A stretch of 64,000 bases of DNA from an uncultured Candidatus Izemoplasmatales bacterium (GCA_964557695.1 CAZLAQ010000009.1:58-64057), one strand, 5' to 3'. Positions 39,675 through 50,312 are shown, counted from the first letter of the stretch. A program made the numbers and translations. Notes: generated by a model not told the origin, from the sequence alone.

Positions 39675-39787
39675 GACATGTCGGCTTTTAGACCTACAAT
39701 CCAGAGTATATTTCCCGCATGTATTTTTATTGTAATGCCTTATTTGGCAAAAATCAAGCCAATGAAGAAATAAATCGGTGCTTCTAT

Positions 39788-39816
39788 TTGCAAATTATAA
39801 GTTTATTATGTATAAT
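39788..39816 (+). promoter_or_regulatory. Putative sigma-A promoter of the RNase J gene (TTGCAA-17-TATAAT)
   Basis: Hexamers at 39788-39793 and 39811-39816. Confidence 0.6.
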
Positions 39817-39866
39817 AAGCAGTAAAGTTATGACATTTCAATACTTTAGAAAGGATTGTATTCACC

Positions 39867-41546
39867 ATGCAAAATCAATTGTTTTCCAATCATGAAGTCG
39901 GGATTTTTGCACTTGGTGGATTAGGAGAAGTAGGAAAGAACATGTATTGCGTGGAATACCGTGACGAACTCATTATCGTAGACTCTGGGCTTTTATTCCC
40001 GGATGAATTCCTGATGGGCATCGATTACGTGATTCCCGATTATACTTATTTAATCGAGAACCAAAATAAGATCAAGGCTCTTTTCATCAGCCATGGACAT
40101 GAGGATCATATCGGAGGAATTCCGTTCCTTTTGAAAATGGTGAGGGTACCGGTAATTTATGCTTCCGGACTTTCAGCCGGACTCATTCAGACCAAAATGG
40201 AAGAGCATACAAATCTATCTCTTAATCTGCAAGAATACCATGAATCGGATATCATCCGTTTCAAAAATATATCAGTCAGTTTCTTCCGGACCAATCATTC
40301 GATTCCGGATTCTTTCGGCATAAAAATCAGCACTCCCGAAGGTGTAATTGTTCATACCGGAGATTTCAAATTTGATTTCTCACCCACAGGAGCTGATGCA
40401 AACTACCAAAAAATGGCAAGAATCGGTGAAGAGGGCGTTTTATGTCTGCTTTCCGATTCCACTAATTCAGAATTGGAGGATTTCACAATATCCGAAAAAG
40501 TCGTTGCCGAAAATATCAAAGAACTGTTTCGAAGCATCTCAGGCCGGGTTATCATTGCTACATTTGCCTCGAACATCCATCGCGTCCAGCAAATCGTTGA
40601 AGCTTCCGTCGTCACAGACCGCAAAATCGCAGTCTTTGGCAGATCCATGGAAAAAAATATCAATGTCGGGATGAAACTAGGATATATCAAGGCTCCGCAC
40701 GGAACCTTCCTTTTCAGTAAGAACATGGTCGGTCTAAAACAGAAAAATTTGACGATTCTTTGCACCGGATCACAAGGCGAACCCTTGGCCGCACTGACCC
40801 GGATTGCTTCCGGAACTCACAAGCAAATATCCCTGATTCCCGGAGATACCGTCATTCTATCTTCTTCTCCGATTCCCGGAAACCTAGAAAGCGTGAACAA
40901 AACCATCAACCTGCTTTATAAAAATGGCGCTTCTGTTATCACCCAGTCACCATTTGCCGATGTGCATGCTTCAGGGCATGGCGGGCAGAACGAGCTTAAA
41001 TTGATGTTGAAACTCATGCGTCCAAAATATTTCATGCCGATTCACGGCGAATACCGGATGCTCAAGACCCATGCCGGACTCGGAGCCGATACGGGAGTAA
41101 AAAAAGAAAACATCTTCATTCTCGACAATGGTGATGTTCTCGCCGTCTCGAAAGACAACGCCAGAATTGCCGGCAAAGTCCAGACATCGGATGTCTATGT
41201 TGATGGCTCTGCCATCGGCGAAGTCGGAAGTCAAGTCATCAAGGACAGACGCGAATTATCTGAGGACGGCTTGTTCTCGGTTGTGTTGACAATCAATCAG
41301 GAAAGGCGCGAAGTCATCTGCACTCCTTCGATCGTATCCAAAGGATTCATTTTCATGAAAGACAACCAGCAGATGATTAAAGACTTGCAAACACTCGCTC
41401 TCGACGTGACTGACAAGTATCTGGCTACTGGTAAGAAACTAAACATCAGTGGCATGAAAAATGACCTGACAAAAGCCTTGGGCAAGTATATTTCCCAGAA
41501 AACCAGCCGGGAACCGATGGTCATGCCAGTAATTATGGTCCTATAA
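39867..41546 (+). CDS. rnj: Ribonuclease J
   Basis: Metallo-beta-lactamase motif SHGHEDHIGG, beta-CASP and C-terminal domains. 559 aa. Confidence 0.93.
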   Translation: MQNQLFSNHEVGIFALGGLGEVGKNMYCVEYRDELIIVDSGLLFPDEFLMGIDYVIPDYTYLIENQNKIKALFISHGHEDHIGGIPFLLKMVRVPVIYASGLSAGLIQTKMEEHTNLSLNLQEYHESDIIRFKNISVSFFRTNHSIPDSFGIKISTPEGVIVHTGDFKFDFSPTGADANYQKMARIGEEGVLCLLSDSTNSELEDFTISEKVVAENIKELFRSISGRVIIATFASNIHRVQQIVEASVVTDRKIAVFGRSMEKNINVGMKLGYIKAPHGTFLFSKNMVGLKQKNLTILCTGSQGEPLAALTRIASGTHKQISLIPGDTVILSSSPIPGNLESVNKTINLLYKNGASVITQSPFADVHASGHGGQNELKLMLKLMRPKYFMPIHGEYRMLKTHAGLGADTGVKKENIFILDNGDVLAVSKDNARIAGKVQTSDVYVDGSAIGEVGSQVIKDRRELSEDGLFSVVLTINQERREVICTPSIVSKGFIFMKDNQQMIKDLQTLALDVTDKYLATGKKLNISGMKNDLTKALGKYISQKTSREPMVMPVIMVL

Positions 41547-41575
41547 AAAGATGAACTCAAGGTTCATCTTTTTTC
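41545..41575. terminator. Bidirectional terminator between rnj and the convergent transporter gene
   Basis: AAGATGAAC-tcaag-GTTCATCTT flanked by A- and T-runs. Overlaps the last codons of the transporter CDS. Confidence 0.65.
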
Positions 41576-43090
41576 TTGTCTTAACAATTCATCGACTCCA
41601 TACCCTCTTACAGAAAAGGCCGCAAAAATCATCAAAATAATCGGCAGTATGCAAAAAGTCAGCTTAATGGCAAAAGGAGCAGATAAGTTCGATTGCAGGT
41701 AAAGCCAGGTGCCATCGATTGAAAGCGATGCGTTTTCAAGCGCTGTGAACCAACTTTGATCCGGCTTGGCAATATATCCGGACAGGTCGAGAATCGGTCC
41801 AATCAACAATGTTGCCAGTCCGATACCAATTTTTTGGAGAAAAGAAACAGAACCAAAGTAGCTTCCTTCCTTTTCTGGGGCTTCTTTGGTTATAACGCTG
41901 ATTGCGTCTGGATACATTCCATAAGCAGTCAGATGAATGTTGCCCATCCCCAGACCGAGAATGAAAACTGCGATCCACCCCCACCAGGGAAAACTAATGA
42001 TTGCATCCAGCATTGAAAGCGGGACGATATAGATTTGATTTTGAAAATTCAGAGCGATTTCCTGATAAGGCAGTTGCGGAAGTGCCATGAACATCGCAAA
42101 CGCCACTATCCAACAAAGACTTCCAAGATATAGTGTCTTTTTTTTGCCAATTTTGTTCGAGATTACTACCCACAAGGGCACACTCAGAAATCCAAGCACC
42201 AGCACCGATCCTGCCAAGGGTAGGAACAACTCTGGGGACTGAAGCCAGTAGTTTACATAGTATTGGATTGTATCTTGTAAAACAAAAATAGCCGACAGAC
42301 TGAACATAAAGGCTAGAGAAGCTCTTCTGAATTCCTTTGCTTTAAAACAAGATAGAAAATCGCGATAAAAATGGAATTTCTCCTTTGGTGTTATCTCTTC
42401 CGAAACCAATTCATAGGTACCAAAAATGGAAAAGAGCAGTATCAATACGATCAAAACACCGAAAATAGCGGAAATAAGAATGAATTTTTCTCCCGAATGC
42501 GTCAAAGTGACATCGCCCATGATCAAATCGGGAATTGCGACTGCGATGATTGTCGCGAGGATCGTTGCGACCATTCTGTATCCTGTGAGTTTGGTTCTTT
42601 CGTTATATTTCTTGGTCATGTCATTGATCAAAGAAATATACGGGATATACGCTAAAGTGTAACAAAGATAAAAAAACAAATAAATTACAAGAACTAGAAA
42701 AGACTTGATTAGTAAAACAAGCGTAAGACTGTTTTGACTCCAGCCAAACATCTCTGGAGACATTTTGGCAATCAATGTCGAGACCGCAAAAATAGCGAAA
42801 AAGGAAATTCCCAAGGGCAAGGCAGCCCAAAGCATCAGTTTTCTTCTCCTGCCGAATTTTGATTTGATCCGGTCTGAATAATAGCCAACAATGGGATCAG
42901 TAATCGCGTCCCAGATGAACCCCAAGAAAATGATTCCGGATGCCATATAACCTTTGAGGCCGACGACATTTGTCAAGAATATCAAAAGATAGAAACCTGT
43001 GATCGCCGTTCCAAATGTAAATGACATGTCTCCGGATCCGTAAGCAATTCTTGATATGACAGGAACAGTTTCGTTATGCTTGGATTTCAT
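41564..43090 (-). CDS. Glycoside-pentoside-hexuronide (GPH) family cation symporter / MFS-type sugar transporter
   Basis: About 12 TM helices. N-terminal signature YGSGDMSFTFG...WDAITDPIVGYYSDR. Confidence 0.8.
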   Translation of the reverse strand: MKSKHNETVPVISRIAYGSGDMSFTFGTAITGFYLLIFLTNVVGLKGYMASGIIFLGFIWDAITDPIVGYYSDRIKSKFGRRRKLMLWAALPLGISFFAIFAVSTLIAKMSPEMFGWSQNSLTLVLLIKSFLVLVIYLFFYLCYTLAYIPYISLINDMTKKYNERTKLTGYRMVATILATIIAVAIPDLIMGDVTLTHSGEKFILISAIFGVLIVLILLFSIFGTYELVSEEITPKEKFHFYRDFLSCFKAKEFRRASLAFMFSLSAIFVLQDTIQYYVNYWLQSPELFLPLAGSVLVLGFLSVPLWVVISNKIGKKKTLYLGSLCWIVAFAMFMALPQLPYQEIALNFQNQIYIVPLSMLDAIISFPWWGWIAVFILGLGMGNIHLTAYGMYPDAISVITKEAPEKEGSYFGSVSFLQKIGIGLATLLIGPILDLSGYIAKPDQSWFTALENASLSIDGTWLYLQSNLSAPFAIKLTFCILPIILMIFAAFSVRGYGVDELLRQEKR

Positions 43091-43994
43091 TTGTTTTCTC
43101 CAATGTGTTAGTATTGTCTTTCAATGTATTAATCATCAATTTGCCATTGATTACATCTTGAAACCAAAAAAAGACATTTTTGGTCACCGTGGCATCCTGA
43201 AAGGCATCATGGAGCTGGTTTGTCAAGTCAACTGCAGCATACATATTGTAGGCGCTAAAGAGCCCAAGATCGTTTTTGAGACCAAAATAGATTTTGTGGA
43301 GATGCAATAAATCGATGAATTGGGCTTTGCCTGCGAACTCTTCAAGTTGATGGATACTATTCATCTTATTAAGTTCCAGTTTATCGTTCTTTCCCCAAAT
43401 GAAAATCATTGGGCGGTACGTGTTTTGCATTTTTAGAAAGATTTCATGGAAGTAGCTATAATCTTTCCCATCCACGATATCATCCTGGCTGATATGCAGA
43501 AATTTCTCTGTTCTATCACTGATTTGTGGAAATAGAGTAGGTTTGATGAAGAAAGAGTGTTCTTCCAAAACAATTCCGGAAGCGTCGGTAAGAATCATGC
43601 CCACCTGGATAATTTCCGAGACGAAATTTTGATAGTTCCGATATGGAGGCATCGACATTTCAAAATCGACAAATAGTTTTGGCTTGTTGGCATTGACAAT
43701 CGTTTTTACTCCAGCTTTGATAATCGAAACATCGTAGAACATGTTCGGTCTCTGCCTGTTAGGAGCCATGACCTTTTCCACATTGACCACGTTATGGACG
43801 GAATAGCCTTTATATGATCGACATGCTTTTAAAACGGTCATGTAAACATATATCCCCGGTCCAAAATAATTCATGAATCCGGTGAACATGCCTTTTGCCA
43901 TATAGAAAAAACGAACCCGATGTTTGGTCTTGATTGCCAGCACGCGTTTTTTCTCATCGACTCCGTGCAAAAGCCCGTATACAAATTCTGTCAT
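43074..43994 (-). CDS. DEDDh-type 3'-5' exonuclease (KapD/ERI-like) with an uncharacterised ~100-aa N-terminal extension
   Basis: Exo I LFVDFEMS, EIIQVGMIL, and Exo III LHDAFQDA. The first ~100 aa match nothing I recognise. Confidence 0.6.
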   Translation of the reverse strand: MTEFVYGLLHGVDEKKRVLAIKTKHRVRFFYMAKGMFTGFMNYFGPGIYVYMTVLKACRSYKGYSVHNVVNVEKVMAPNRQRPNMFYDVSIIKAGVKTIVNANKPKLFVDFEMSMPPYRNYQNFVSEIIQVGMILTDASGIVLEEHSFFIKPTLFPQISDRTEKFLHISQDDIVDGKDYSYFHEIFLKMQNTYRPMIFIWGKNDKLELNKMNSIHQLEEFAGKAQFIDLLHLHKIYFGLKNDLGLFSAYNMYAAVDLTNQLHDAFQDATVTKNVFFWFQDVINGKLMINTLKDNTNTLEKTNEIQA

Positions 43995-44072
43995 AGTGTA
44001 CCTCGTCCATCATCAATCTGTAATTCATATTTCATTTTACCACATATCATTTGTTAGTGACAGAAAATATCG

Positions 44073-45842
44073 CTATTTGATTCCCTCAAGAGCGATTCTG
44101 AGATTTGCGATTTGTTTTTTGGAAAGACTGAGTTTTTGTAAATCCTCATCCAGTGCATTCTTGATATTTTCCAGGGTTTTGAATTTGAGCAAAAGTTTTG
44201 TTTTTGTTTGTTTTCCGATTTTAGGAATCGCATCCAATATCGAAGCATATATCTCTTTGGACTGCTTTTGCCTATGGAAGGTAACCGCGAAACGGTGCGC
44301 TTCTTCCTGAATCTTGTTCAGCAGTATATATAAGGGGTCATGTCTGTCAAGGAGAATATCCTGTTCACGAAGATTCAACAGGCGATTCGTCTTGTGCTTG
44401 TCATCTTTTTTCAATCCGACAACCGGGATTGAAAGCTTTAGAGAATCAAGTATTTCCTTGCAGGCGTGGACTTGGGTTATGCCTCCGTCCATGATGATGA
44501 GTCCAGGTCTTCTTGTGTCTTCATAAAGCATCTTTTGGTATCTGCGGTAGATGATTTCTTTCATTGTGTTGTAGTCGTCAGGCCCTTTGATCGTCTTTAC
44601 TGCATACTTGCGATATTCTTTTTTGTCCGGAAGCCCATTTGAAAACACGACCATCGAAGAAACTGGATTTGTCCCCATCGTGTTGGAGTTATCAAAAGCT
44701 TCGATTCTCGTTGGCGGTTCAATCTGCAAGAGTTCTCCCAATTTTTCCAAGGCTCCAATAGTTTTTTCGTGTTTTTTCAAATATGTTCCAAGGTTGTTCT
44801 GCAAATGGATTTTGGCATTTTCCAATGCCATGTCCATAAGTTGCATTTTTTTTCCGCGTTGGGGAATAAAGCCCTTTTCTTTGAGAATCGGCTCCAGCAG
44901 TGACAGATCAATCCCCTGCGGTAACAAAACCTCGTCAGGTACGGGATGGATTTCATAGAACTGGGCAAGATAGCTTAAGAAGGCTTCTTCTGGATCATTG
45001 TAGAAAGTCAGAATCGGTGTCTGTGAAAAAATAATTTTCCCTTGGCGCATGAAAAGAATCGACAAGGCCATATAGTTATCATATGTATGGAAATTGATGA
45101 TATCCCTGTTGTTAAGATCGGAAAATATGATTTTTTGTTTCTCTGTGGTTTTCTCGACTGCATCCAGCAATTCCTTATATTCTTTGGCTTTTTCGTATTC
45201 CATCTTTTCAGAATGTTCATGCATTTTTAGTTTCAGTTCATCGATCAAATCCTGGCTAAGGCCCGACATGAATCTTTTTATCTTTTTAATCATCTCTGCA
45301 TATAGACTGTCTTCAACCGGATTTACACACGGTCCCAGGCACTGTCCGATATGGAAGTATAAACAGAGCTGCTTGGGGAGCTTCTGACACTTTCTGAACG
45401 GAAACAGTTTGTTTAGAAGATGCATTGTTTCCCTGGCAGAATATGCATCGGGAAAAGGGCCGAAAATATTCTTGTTTTTTTTGTTTGCTTTTCTGGTGAT
45501 GACAAGCTTTGGATGTTTCTCATTCGTGATTTCGATATAAGGATAGGTCTTGTCACCTGTAAGCATGATATTGTATCTGGGTGCGTGTTCTTTGATAAGA
45601 GAAAGTTCCAGCAAAAACGCCTCGAGTTCCGAAGCGGTAACAATATAGGTAAAATCAGTTATGCTTTGGACAAGACTGGTCGTTTTTTGGTCATGGCTGC
45701 CGGTGAAATAAGTCTTGACTCTGTTCTTGAGGTTTTTTGCTTTGCCGACATAGATGATCTCTCCCAAAGCGTTAAGCATCTGATAACTTCCGGGAGCTTC
45801 CGGCAAAGTCTGTAATTTATCTTTAATCGTGGAATTCATCAA
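44073..45842 (-). CDS. uvrC: Excinuclease ABC subunit C
   Basis: GIY-YIG N-terminus (GSYQMLNALGEIIYVGKAKNLKNRV), UVR domain and a C-terminal HhH. 589 aa. Confidence 0.95.
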   Translation of the reverse strand: MMNSTIKDKLQTLPEAPGSYQMLNALGEIIYVGKAKNLKNRVKTYFTGSHDQKTTSLVQSITDFTYIVTASELEAFLLELSLIKEHAPRYNIMLTGDKTYPYIEITNEKHPKLVITRKANKKNKNIFGPFPDAYSARETMHLLNKLFPFRKCQKLPKQLCLYFHIGQCLGPCVNPVEDSLYAEMIKKIKRFMSGLSQDLIDELKLKMHEHSEKMEYEKAKEYKELLDAVEKTTEKQKIIFSDLNNRDIINFHTYDNYMALSILFMRQGKIIFSQTPILTFYNDPEEAFLSYLAQFYEIHPVPDEVLLPQGIDLSLLEPILKEKGFIPQRGKKMQLMDMALENAKIHLQNNLGTYLKKHEKTIGALEKLGELLQIEPPTRIEAFDNSNTMGTNPVSSMVVFSNGLPDKKEYRKYAVKTIKGPDDYNTMKEIIYRRYQKMLYEDTRRPGLIIMDGGITQVHACKEILDSLKLSIPVVGLKKDDKHKTNRLLNLREQDILLDRHDPLYILLNKIQEEAHRFAVTFHRQKQSKEIYASILDAIPKIGKQTKTKLLLKFKTLENIKNALDEDLQKLSLSKKQIANLRIALEGIK

Positions 45843-45892
45843 CTAACACCCTGTATCATTATACCTTAACCAGCCATGGCATTCAATCAAGA

Positions 45893-45930
45893 ACCTAAAA
45901 AGAAAAACTTTGGCAAATAGCCAAAGTTTA
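45893..45930 (-). terminator. Intrinsic terminator after rbfA
   Basis: AAACTTTGGC-tattt-GCCAAAGTTT followed by a U-run in minus sense. Confidence 0.7.
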
Positions 45931-45933
45931 TCC

Positions 45934-46263
45934 TCATTTGATTTTCTTGATAATCTCGTCAACGCGGCGTCCAGTAAACTCTGATTTGTCATATTTGAAG
46001 ACAAGTTCGGGGACTTTCCGCATTTTGACACGCAAGGCAATCTGGTTCTTGATGAATCCTTTTGCTCTTTCTAGTGCCTCCTGGGATTTTTGTAATCTGT
46101 CTTCCGGTCCGAAGATCGTGTAGTATACATACATGTAAGATAATTCGTTGGTGATTTTGACACCGGTTACGGTCAGAAAGCCCAGGTCATCCTTGATTTC
46201 CCTGGTAATGATGTCGGCAACCACTCTTTGAACCAATGTTTCCAAACGATCGGTTTTAGGCAT
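45934..46263 (-). CDS. rbfA: Ribosome-binding factor A
   Basis: 109 aa, RbfA-like (RVADIITREIKD...VTGVKITNELSYMYVYY), in the conserved position after infB. Confidence 0.9.
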   Translation of the reverse strand: MPKTDRLETLVQRVVADIITREIKDDLGFLTVTGVKITNELSYMYVYYTIFGPEDRLQKSQEALERAKGFIKNQIALRVKMRKVPELVFKYDKSEFTGRRVDEIIKKIK

Positions 46264-46264
46264 T

Positions 46265-48148
46265 TTATACCACCTCTTTCATTACTGATGCTTCAATAAC
46301 ATCGTCAACTTTCACATCATTATAGTTTTCAATCATAATTCCGCAGTCAAATCCTTGTTTCACTTCCTTGACATCTTCCTTAAAGCGTTTCAGTGAGGAA
46401 ATTTTGCCTTCAAAAATGATTTTCCCGTTTCGGATCAGTTTTACCGTAGAATCCCGTTTGATCGATCCCGAAGTTACCATGCAACCGGCAATGGTGCCGA
46501 CTTTGGAGATCGAGAAAGTTTCCCTGATGGCAGCTTCACCGATGATCTGTTTTTCAAAGACAGGTTCTAACATACCTTTCATTGCGGCCTCAATGTCATC
46601 CATGGCTTCGTAGATAACGCGGTAATCTCTGATTTCAACGCCCTTTTCATGAGCGCTGTCTCTGACATTTGAGGGTGCCTGGACATCAAAGCCAATAATG
46701 ATTGCGTTGCTTGCTTCGGCAAGTGACACGTCAGTATCAGTAATTGCCCCAACTCCGGTTCTCACGATGTCGATGGATGTTCCTTCAATAGAAATTTTTT
46801 CGATTGAGCCCTTGAAAGCTTCAATTGATCCTTGGGCGTCAGCCTTGATGATTAAGCGTAATTCTTTGACTGTGCCTTCTGCTTTCAAGAAGAATTCCTC
46901 GAGAGTAATCGTTTTTTTAGCAGAACTAGTGTCTTTGAATAGACGGTCGGAACGTTTTTGCGCGATATCTTTGGTCAGTTTTTCGTCATCCAATACCATA
47001 AATGGATCGCCAGCTTGCGGAACATCGTTCAATCCGTTGATTTCAACAGCGGATCCCGGTTTTGCTTTATGGACACTCTTTCCAAGGTCGTCATTCATAC
47101 CACGGATTTTGCCGTATGTGTTACCTACGACAAAAGTATCGCCGATTTTGATGGTACCATTGGATACAAGAATAGTTGCGACCGGGCCTCTGCCTTTGTC
47201 GAGCTTGGCTTCAATACAAGTGCCGATGGCATTTCTTTTGGGATTGGCTTTTAGTTCAAGCATTTCGGAAACCAACTGGATTGTATCAAGCAATTCGTCA
47301 ACACCGGTGTTTTTCAATGCGGATATATAGCAAAACGGTGTCTCGCCGCCCCAGTCATCCGGTAACAAGTCGAGATCGGCAAGTTCCTGTTTGACCCGTT
47401 CGGGGTTAGCTCCGGGTTTGTCCATTTTATTGATGGCTACGATGATTGAGCATTTTGAGGCCTTAGAATGGTCGATAGCCTCTTTTGTCTGTGGCATGAC
47501 GCCATCATCAGCCGCAACGACCAATACGACAATATCGGTCACCCTGGCGCCTCTGGCGCGCATTTCAGTGAACGCTGCATGTCCGGGAGTATCAATGAAT
47601 GTGATGGCTTTGTCATTTCTAACGACCTGATATGCTCCGATATGCTGGGTGATGCCACCTGCCTCTGATTGTACGACACGAGTATGTCTGATCGTGTCAA
47701 GCAAAGTTGTTTTGCCGTGGTCGACATGGCCCATTATGGTGACTATAGGTGGTCTTTCAACCAAATCTTTGGGATCGTCTTCGATAGATAGTTCATCATA
47801 TCTTGTCATGTCCGTCATGACTTCATCTTTGAATTCAAAACCATAATCCAAAGCTAAGATTTCCGCTGTGTCTCTATCGACAGATTGTGTTTGGGAAGCC
47901 ATTATACGCATAAACATCAATTTTTTGATGACTTCTGGGACAGGACGGTGTAATTGTTCTGCAAGTTCAAGCACAGTCATTGTATTTTTGTAATAGACTG
48001 TCTTATCGATGACTTCCGCCTGTTTTTCAATCATTGGATTGGGTTTACGGCTTGGGGTCCTTGTTTGGGGTTTATTGACTGGTTTCCCAGACGGTTTATT
48101 GGATTTGAAGTTTGATTTCTTCTTGGTATTTGGTTTTTTTGTTACCAC
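46265..48148 (-). CDS. infB: Translation initiation factor IF-2
   Basis: G-domain [24 protein letters not shown] start after AAGAGGTGG. Confidence 0.95.
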   Translation of the reverse strand: MVTKKPNTKKKSNFKSNKPSGKPVNKPQTRTPSRKPNPMIEKQAEVIDKTVYYKNTMTVLELAEQLHRPVPEVIKKLMFMRIMASQTQSVDRDTAEILALDYGFEFKDEVMTDMTRYDELSIEDDPKDLVERPPIVTIMGHVDHGKTTLLDTIRHTRVVQSEAGGITQHIGAYQVVRNDKAITFIDTPGHAAFTEMRARGARVTDIVVLVVAADDGVMPQTKEAIDHSKASKCSIIVAINKMDKPGANPERVKQELADLDLLPDDWGGETPFCYISALKNTGVDELLDTIQLVSEMLELKANPKRNAIGTCIEAKLDKGRGPVATILVSNGTIKIGDTFVVGNTYGKIRGMNDDLGKSVHKAKPGSAVEINGLNDVPQAGDPFMVLDDEKLTKDIAQKRSDRLFKDTSSAKKTITLEEFFLKAEGTVKELRLIIKADAQGSIEAFKGSIEKISIEGTSIDIVRTGVGAITDTDVSLAEASNAIIIGFDVQAPSNVRDSAHEKGVEIRDYRVIYEAMDDIEAAMKGMLEPVFEKQIIGEAAIRETFSISKVGTIAGCMVTSGSIKRDSTVKLIRNGKIIFEGKISSLKRFKEDVKEVKQGFDCGIMIENYNDVKVDDVIEASVMKEVV

Positions 48149-48166
48149 ATTACCACCTCTTTCTGT

Positions 48167-48472
48167 TTATTCATTGATTGCCTCAAGCAATAATTTGGCA
48201 AAATCTTTGCTTGTTACGCAAATCACTTTTCGGTTGGTCTTGCCGATTGCCAGGCTTAATTCATCGGTTGACAAGTCCTGATTCAGGATTACATTGTGAA
48301 ACTTGGTTTTATCTTGGATCCTTTTAGTCGTGTTGACTCCGGAATCGTTAGCAAGAAAAACGAGTGAAGCTCTGCCTTTTTTGATAAGATCGAGACTGAA
48401 CTCTTCTCCGGAAACAACCTTGTCGGCCCTGAATGCCAACCCAAGGGTTTTCAATAGTCTGCCTTTATTCAT
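48167..48472 (-). CDS. ylxQ: L7Ae-family RNA-binding protein YlxQ
   Basis: 101 aa, L7Ae-like (GLAFRADKVVSGEE...VFLANDSG), located between ylxR and infB. Confidence 0.8.
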   Translation of the reverse strand: MNKGRLLKTLGLAFRADKVVSGEEFSLDLIKKGRASLVFLANDSGVNTTKRIQDKTKFHNVILNQDLSTDELSLAIGKTNRKVICVTSKDFAKLLLEAINE

Positions 48473-48734
48473 TGCCGACCTGTCTTAATAGTTCTTCATA
48501 GATTTCATCCGGGATCTTTGTCTCAAGATGTTTTGCCAAGATATTGGTCTTCTTCGCTTTTTCGATTACGGCTTTGTTTTTCGAGACATAGGCGCCTCTG
48601 CCGTTGGCTTTTCCGGTTGGATCGAAAATCACTTCTCCGTTAGGTGTCTTGACGACACGAAGCAGTTGCTTTTTTTCAAATTTTTCACCGGTGACAACAC
48701 ATTTGCGAAGCGGGATTTTCTTTTGTTTGATCAT
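48465..48734 (-). CDS. ylxR: YlxR family (DUF448) RNA-binding protein
   Basis: PLRKCVVTGE...LLRVV...GRGAYV motif, located after nusA. Confidence 0.85.
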   Translation of the reverse strand: MIKQKKIPLRKCVVTGEKFEKKQLLRVVKTPNGEVIFDPTGKANGRGAYVSKNKAVIEKAKKTNILAKHLETKIPDEIYEELLRQVGNE

Positions 48735-48750
48735 GGTCGTTCCTCCTTGA

Positions 48751-49815
48751 TCAATAGTGGATTCCTTGAATCAAGGCATCCGTTTCGGATTTGATGTCAA
48801 TCTTCCATCCACTTGATTGGACAGCCAGCCTAGCATTTTGTCCCCTTTTGCCGATGGCAAGCGACAATTGATCGTCAGGTACGATCACTGTCGCGCTTTT
48901 TTCTTTCACGTCGATGATTACTGCAATCGACTTGGCAGGTTGGATCGCATTTGAAACCAGTTCTCTGGGATCTTCACTATACTTATAGATGTCGATCTTT
49001 TCGCCACTAAGCGAATCGATGACTTCGCGGATCCTGACACCGTTTCTTCCGAGACAAGCGCCAACTGGATCAACTTTCGGATTGTTTGAGGCAACGCAGA
49101 CTTTGCATCTGTCTCCCGGGTCTCTTGCAAGGCCCATGATTTCCACGATGCCTTCCTGAAGTTCGGGAATAGCTTGTTCCATAAGTCTTTTGACAAGATT
49201 TCTGTCAGTTCTTGATACGTAGACTTTAGGTCCTTTTGTGGTTTGTTCGACTTTGGTGATATAAACTCTAATTTGGCTTCCCATAACTAGGTCGGTACCA
49301 ACAAGGTCTCTTGCGGGAATTGATGTCTCAGTGTCATATCCTAGGAAAAGCGTGACAAAGTCGTCGTTCATGGCGACGATCTCCGCGATGACCATCTCAC
49401 CGGTCTTATCGGTGAAGATTTCATAGTTTCGCTCTCTTTCGAGTTGTTTCAGCCCCTGTGTCAAGATTTGTTTAGCACTTGAAGCGGCGATCCTGCCGAA
49501 ATCTTTCGGTGTGATCTTCACTTCAATGATATCTCCCACCCTGGCATTCTTTTTCAATTCCTGTGCGTCATCAGCAGTGATCTGTATGCCTTTTTCCGCT
49601 TCCGGATCGATGGTTTCAACTACAAGATATGTGGCAACAATCAGAATCTCGGCTTTTTCCTCGTTGAAAACTACTTTGGCATTTTGTTGGCCATTGTAGT
49701 CTTTTTTATAGGCGTTTAATAATCCCTTGCCAAAAATATCCAAGATTTTCTCTTTGGGAATATCTCTGTCTTCGGCTACTTGTTCCAATGCCTTGAAAAA
49801 TTCTTTACTAATCAT
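48751..49815 (-). CDS. nusA: Transcription termination/antitermination factor NusA
   Basis: S1 and two KH domains (GLARDPGDRCKV, LAIGKRGQNARLA). 354 aa. Confidence 0.95.
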   Translation of the reverse strand: MISKEFFKALEQVAEDRDIPKEKILDIFGKGLLNAYKKDYNGQQNAKVVFNEEKAEILIVATYLVVETIDPEAEKGIQITADDAQELKKNARVGDIIEVKITPKDFGRIAASSAKQILTQGLKQLERERNYEIFTDKTGEMVIAEIVAMNDDFVTLFLGYDTETSIPARDLVGTDLVMGSQIRVYITKVEQTTKGPKVYVSRTDRNLVKRLMEQAIPELQEGIVEIMGLARDPGDRCKVCVASNNPKVDPVGACLGRNGVRIREVIDSLSGEKIDIYKYSEDPRELVSNAIQPAKSIAVIIDVKEKSATVIVPDDQLSLAIGKRGQNARLAVQSSGWKIDIKSETDALIQGIHY

Positions 49816-49827
49816 GTCTATATTCTC

Positions 49828-50265
49828 CTAAAATTTAATTGCAAGACGAATCATAATAACATCTATATAGTTAAATGATATCTGCTTGTTGAATTTATCG
49901 TTAATCGTAATTGTGTCCCCATCGAAATGTAAAAGTTCGCCATCCATTTTTTGGTCGTAGGTTTCAATATGGACGTATCTTCCGACGGCTTTTTTAATTT
50001 CAGAAGCGTCTTTTAGTTCTCTTTCTGCTCCTGGAGACGTCACTTCCAGACTATACTCATTGGGGATAGGATCGATATCGTCTAGAAAAGCACTCAAATG
50101 ATGGGAGACTTTGACGCAATCGTCGATTGTGATACCAGAATCGTTGTCGATTACGACTTGTAACAAGTCGGTTTTTTTCTCTTTCACATAATTGAGGTCG
50201 TATAATTCATAGCCAAGTTTTTTGATTGCTTTTTCCAGTTCTTTTTTCAACTCGTCAAGTTTCAA
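49828..50265 (-). CDS. rimP: Ribosome maturation factor RimP
   Basis: LEVTSPGAERELK motif, located upstream of nusA. Confidence 0.9.
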   Translation of the reverse strand: MKLDELKKELEKAIKKLGYELYDLNYVKEKKTDLLQVVIDNDSGITIDDCVKVSHHLSAFLDDIDPIPNEYSLEVTSPGAERELKDASEIKKAVGRYVHIETYDQKMDGELLHFDGDTITINDKFNKQISFNYIDVIMIRLAIKF

Positions 50266-50286
50266 TTCGATTCCCTCCTTAAGTAT

Positions 50287-50312
50287 TTAAAAGGGAGGGT
50301 CCGACCCTCCCA
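50287..50312 (-). terminator. Intrinsic terminator upstream of rimP (ends the GNAT/TrmH unit)
   Basis: GGGAGGG-tcgga-CCCTCCC followed by UUUUAAAU in minus sense. Confidence 0.65.

Noticed and set aside
46698-47330. 210-aa plus-strand ORF antisense to infB
   Set aside because: It lies wholly inside the highly conserved IF-2 G-domain coding region. It is a shadow frame with no start context.
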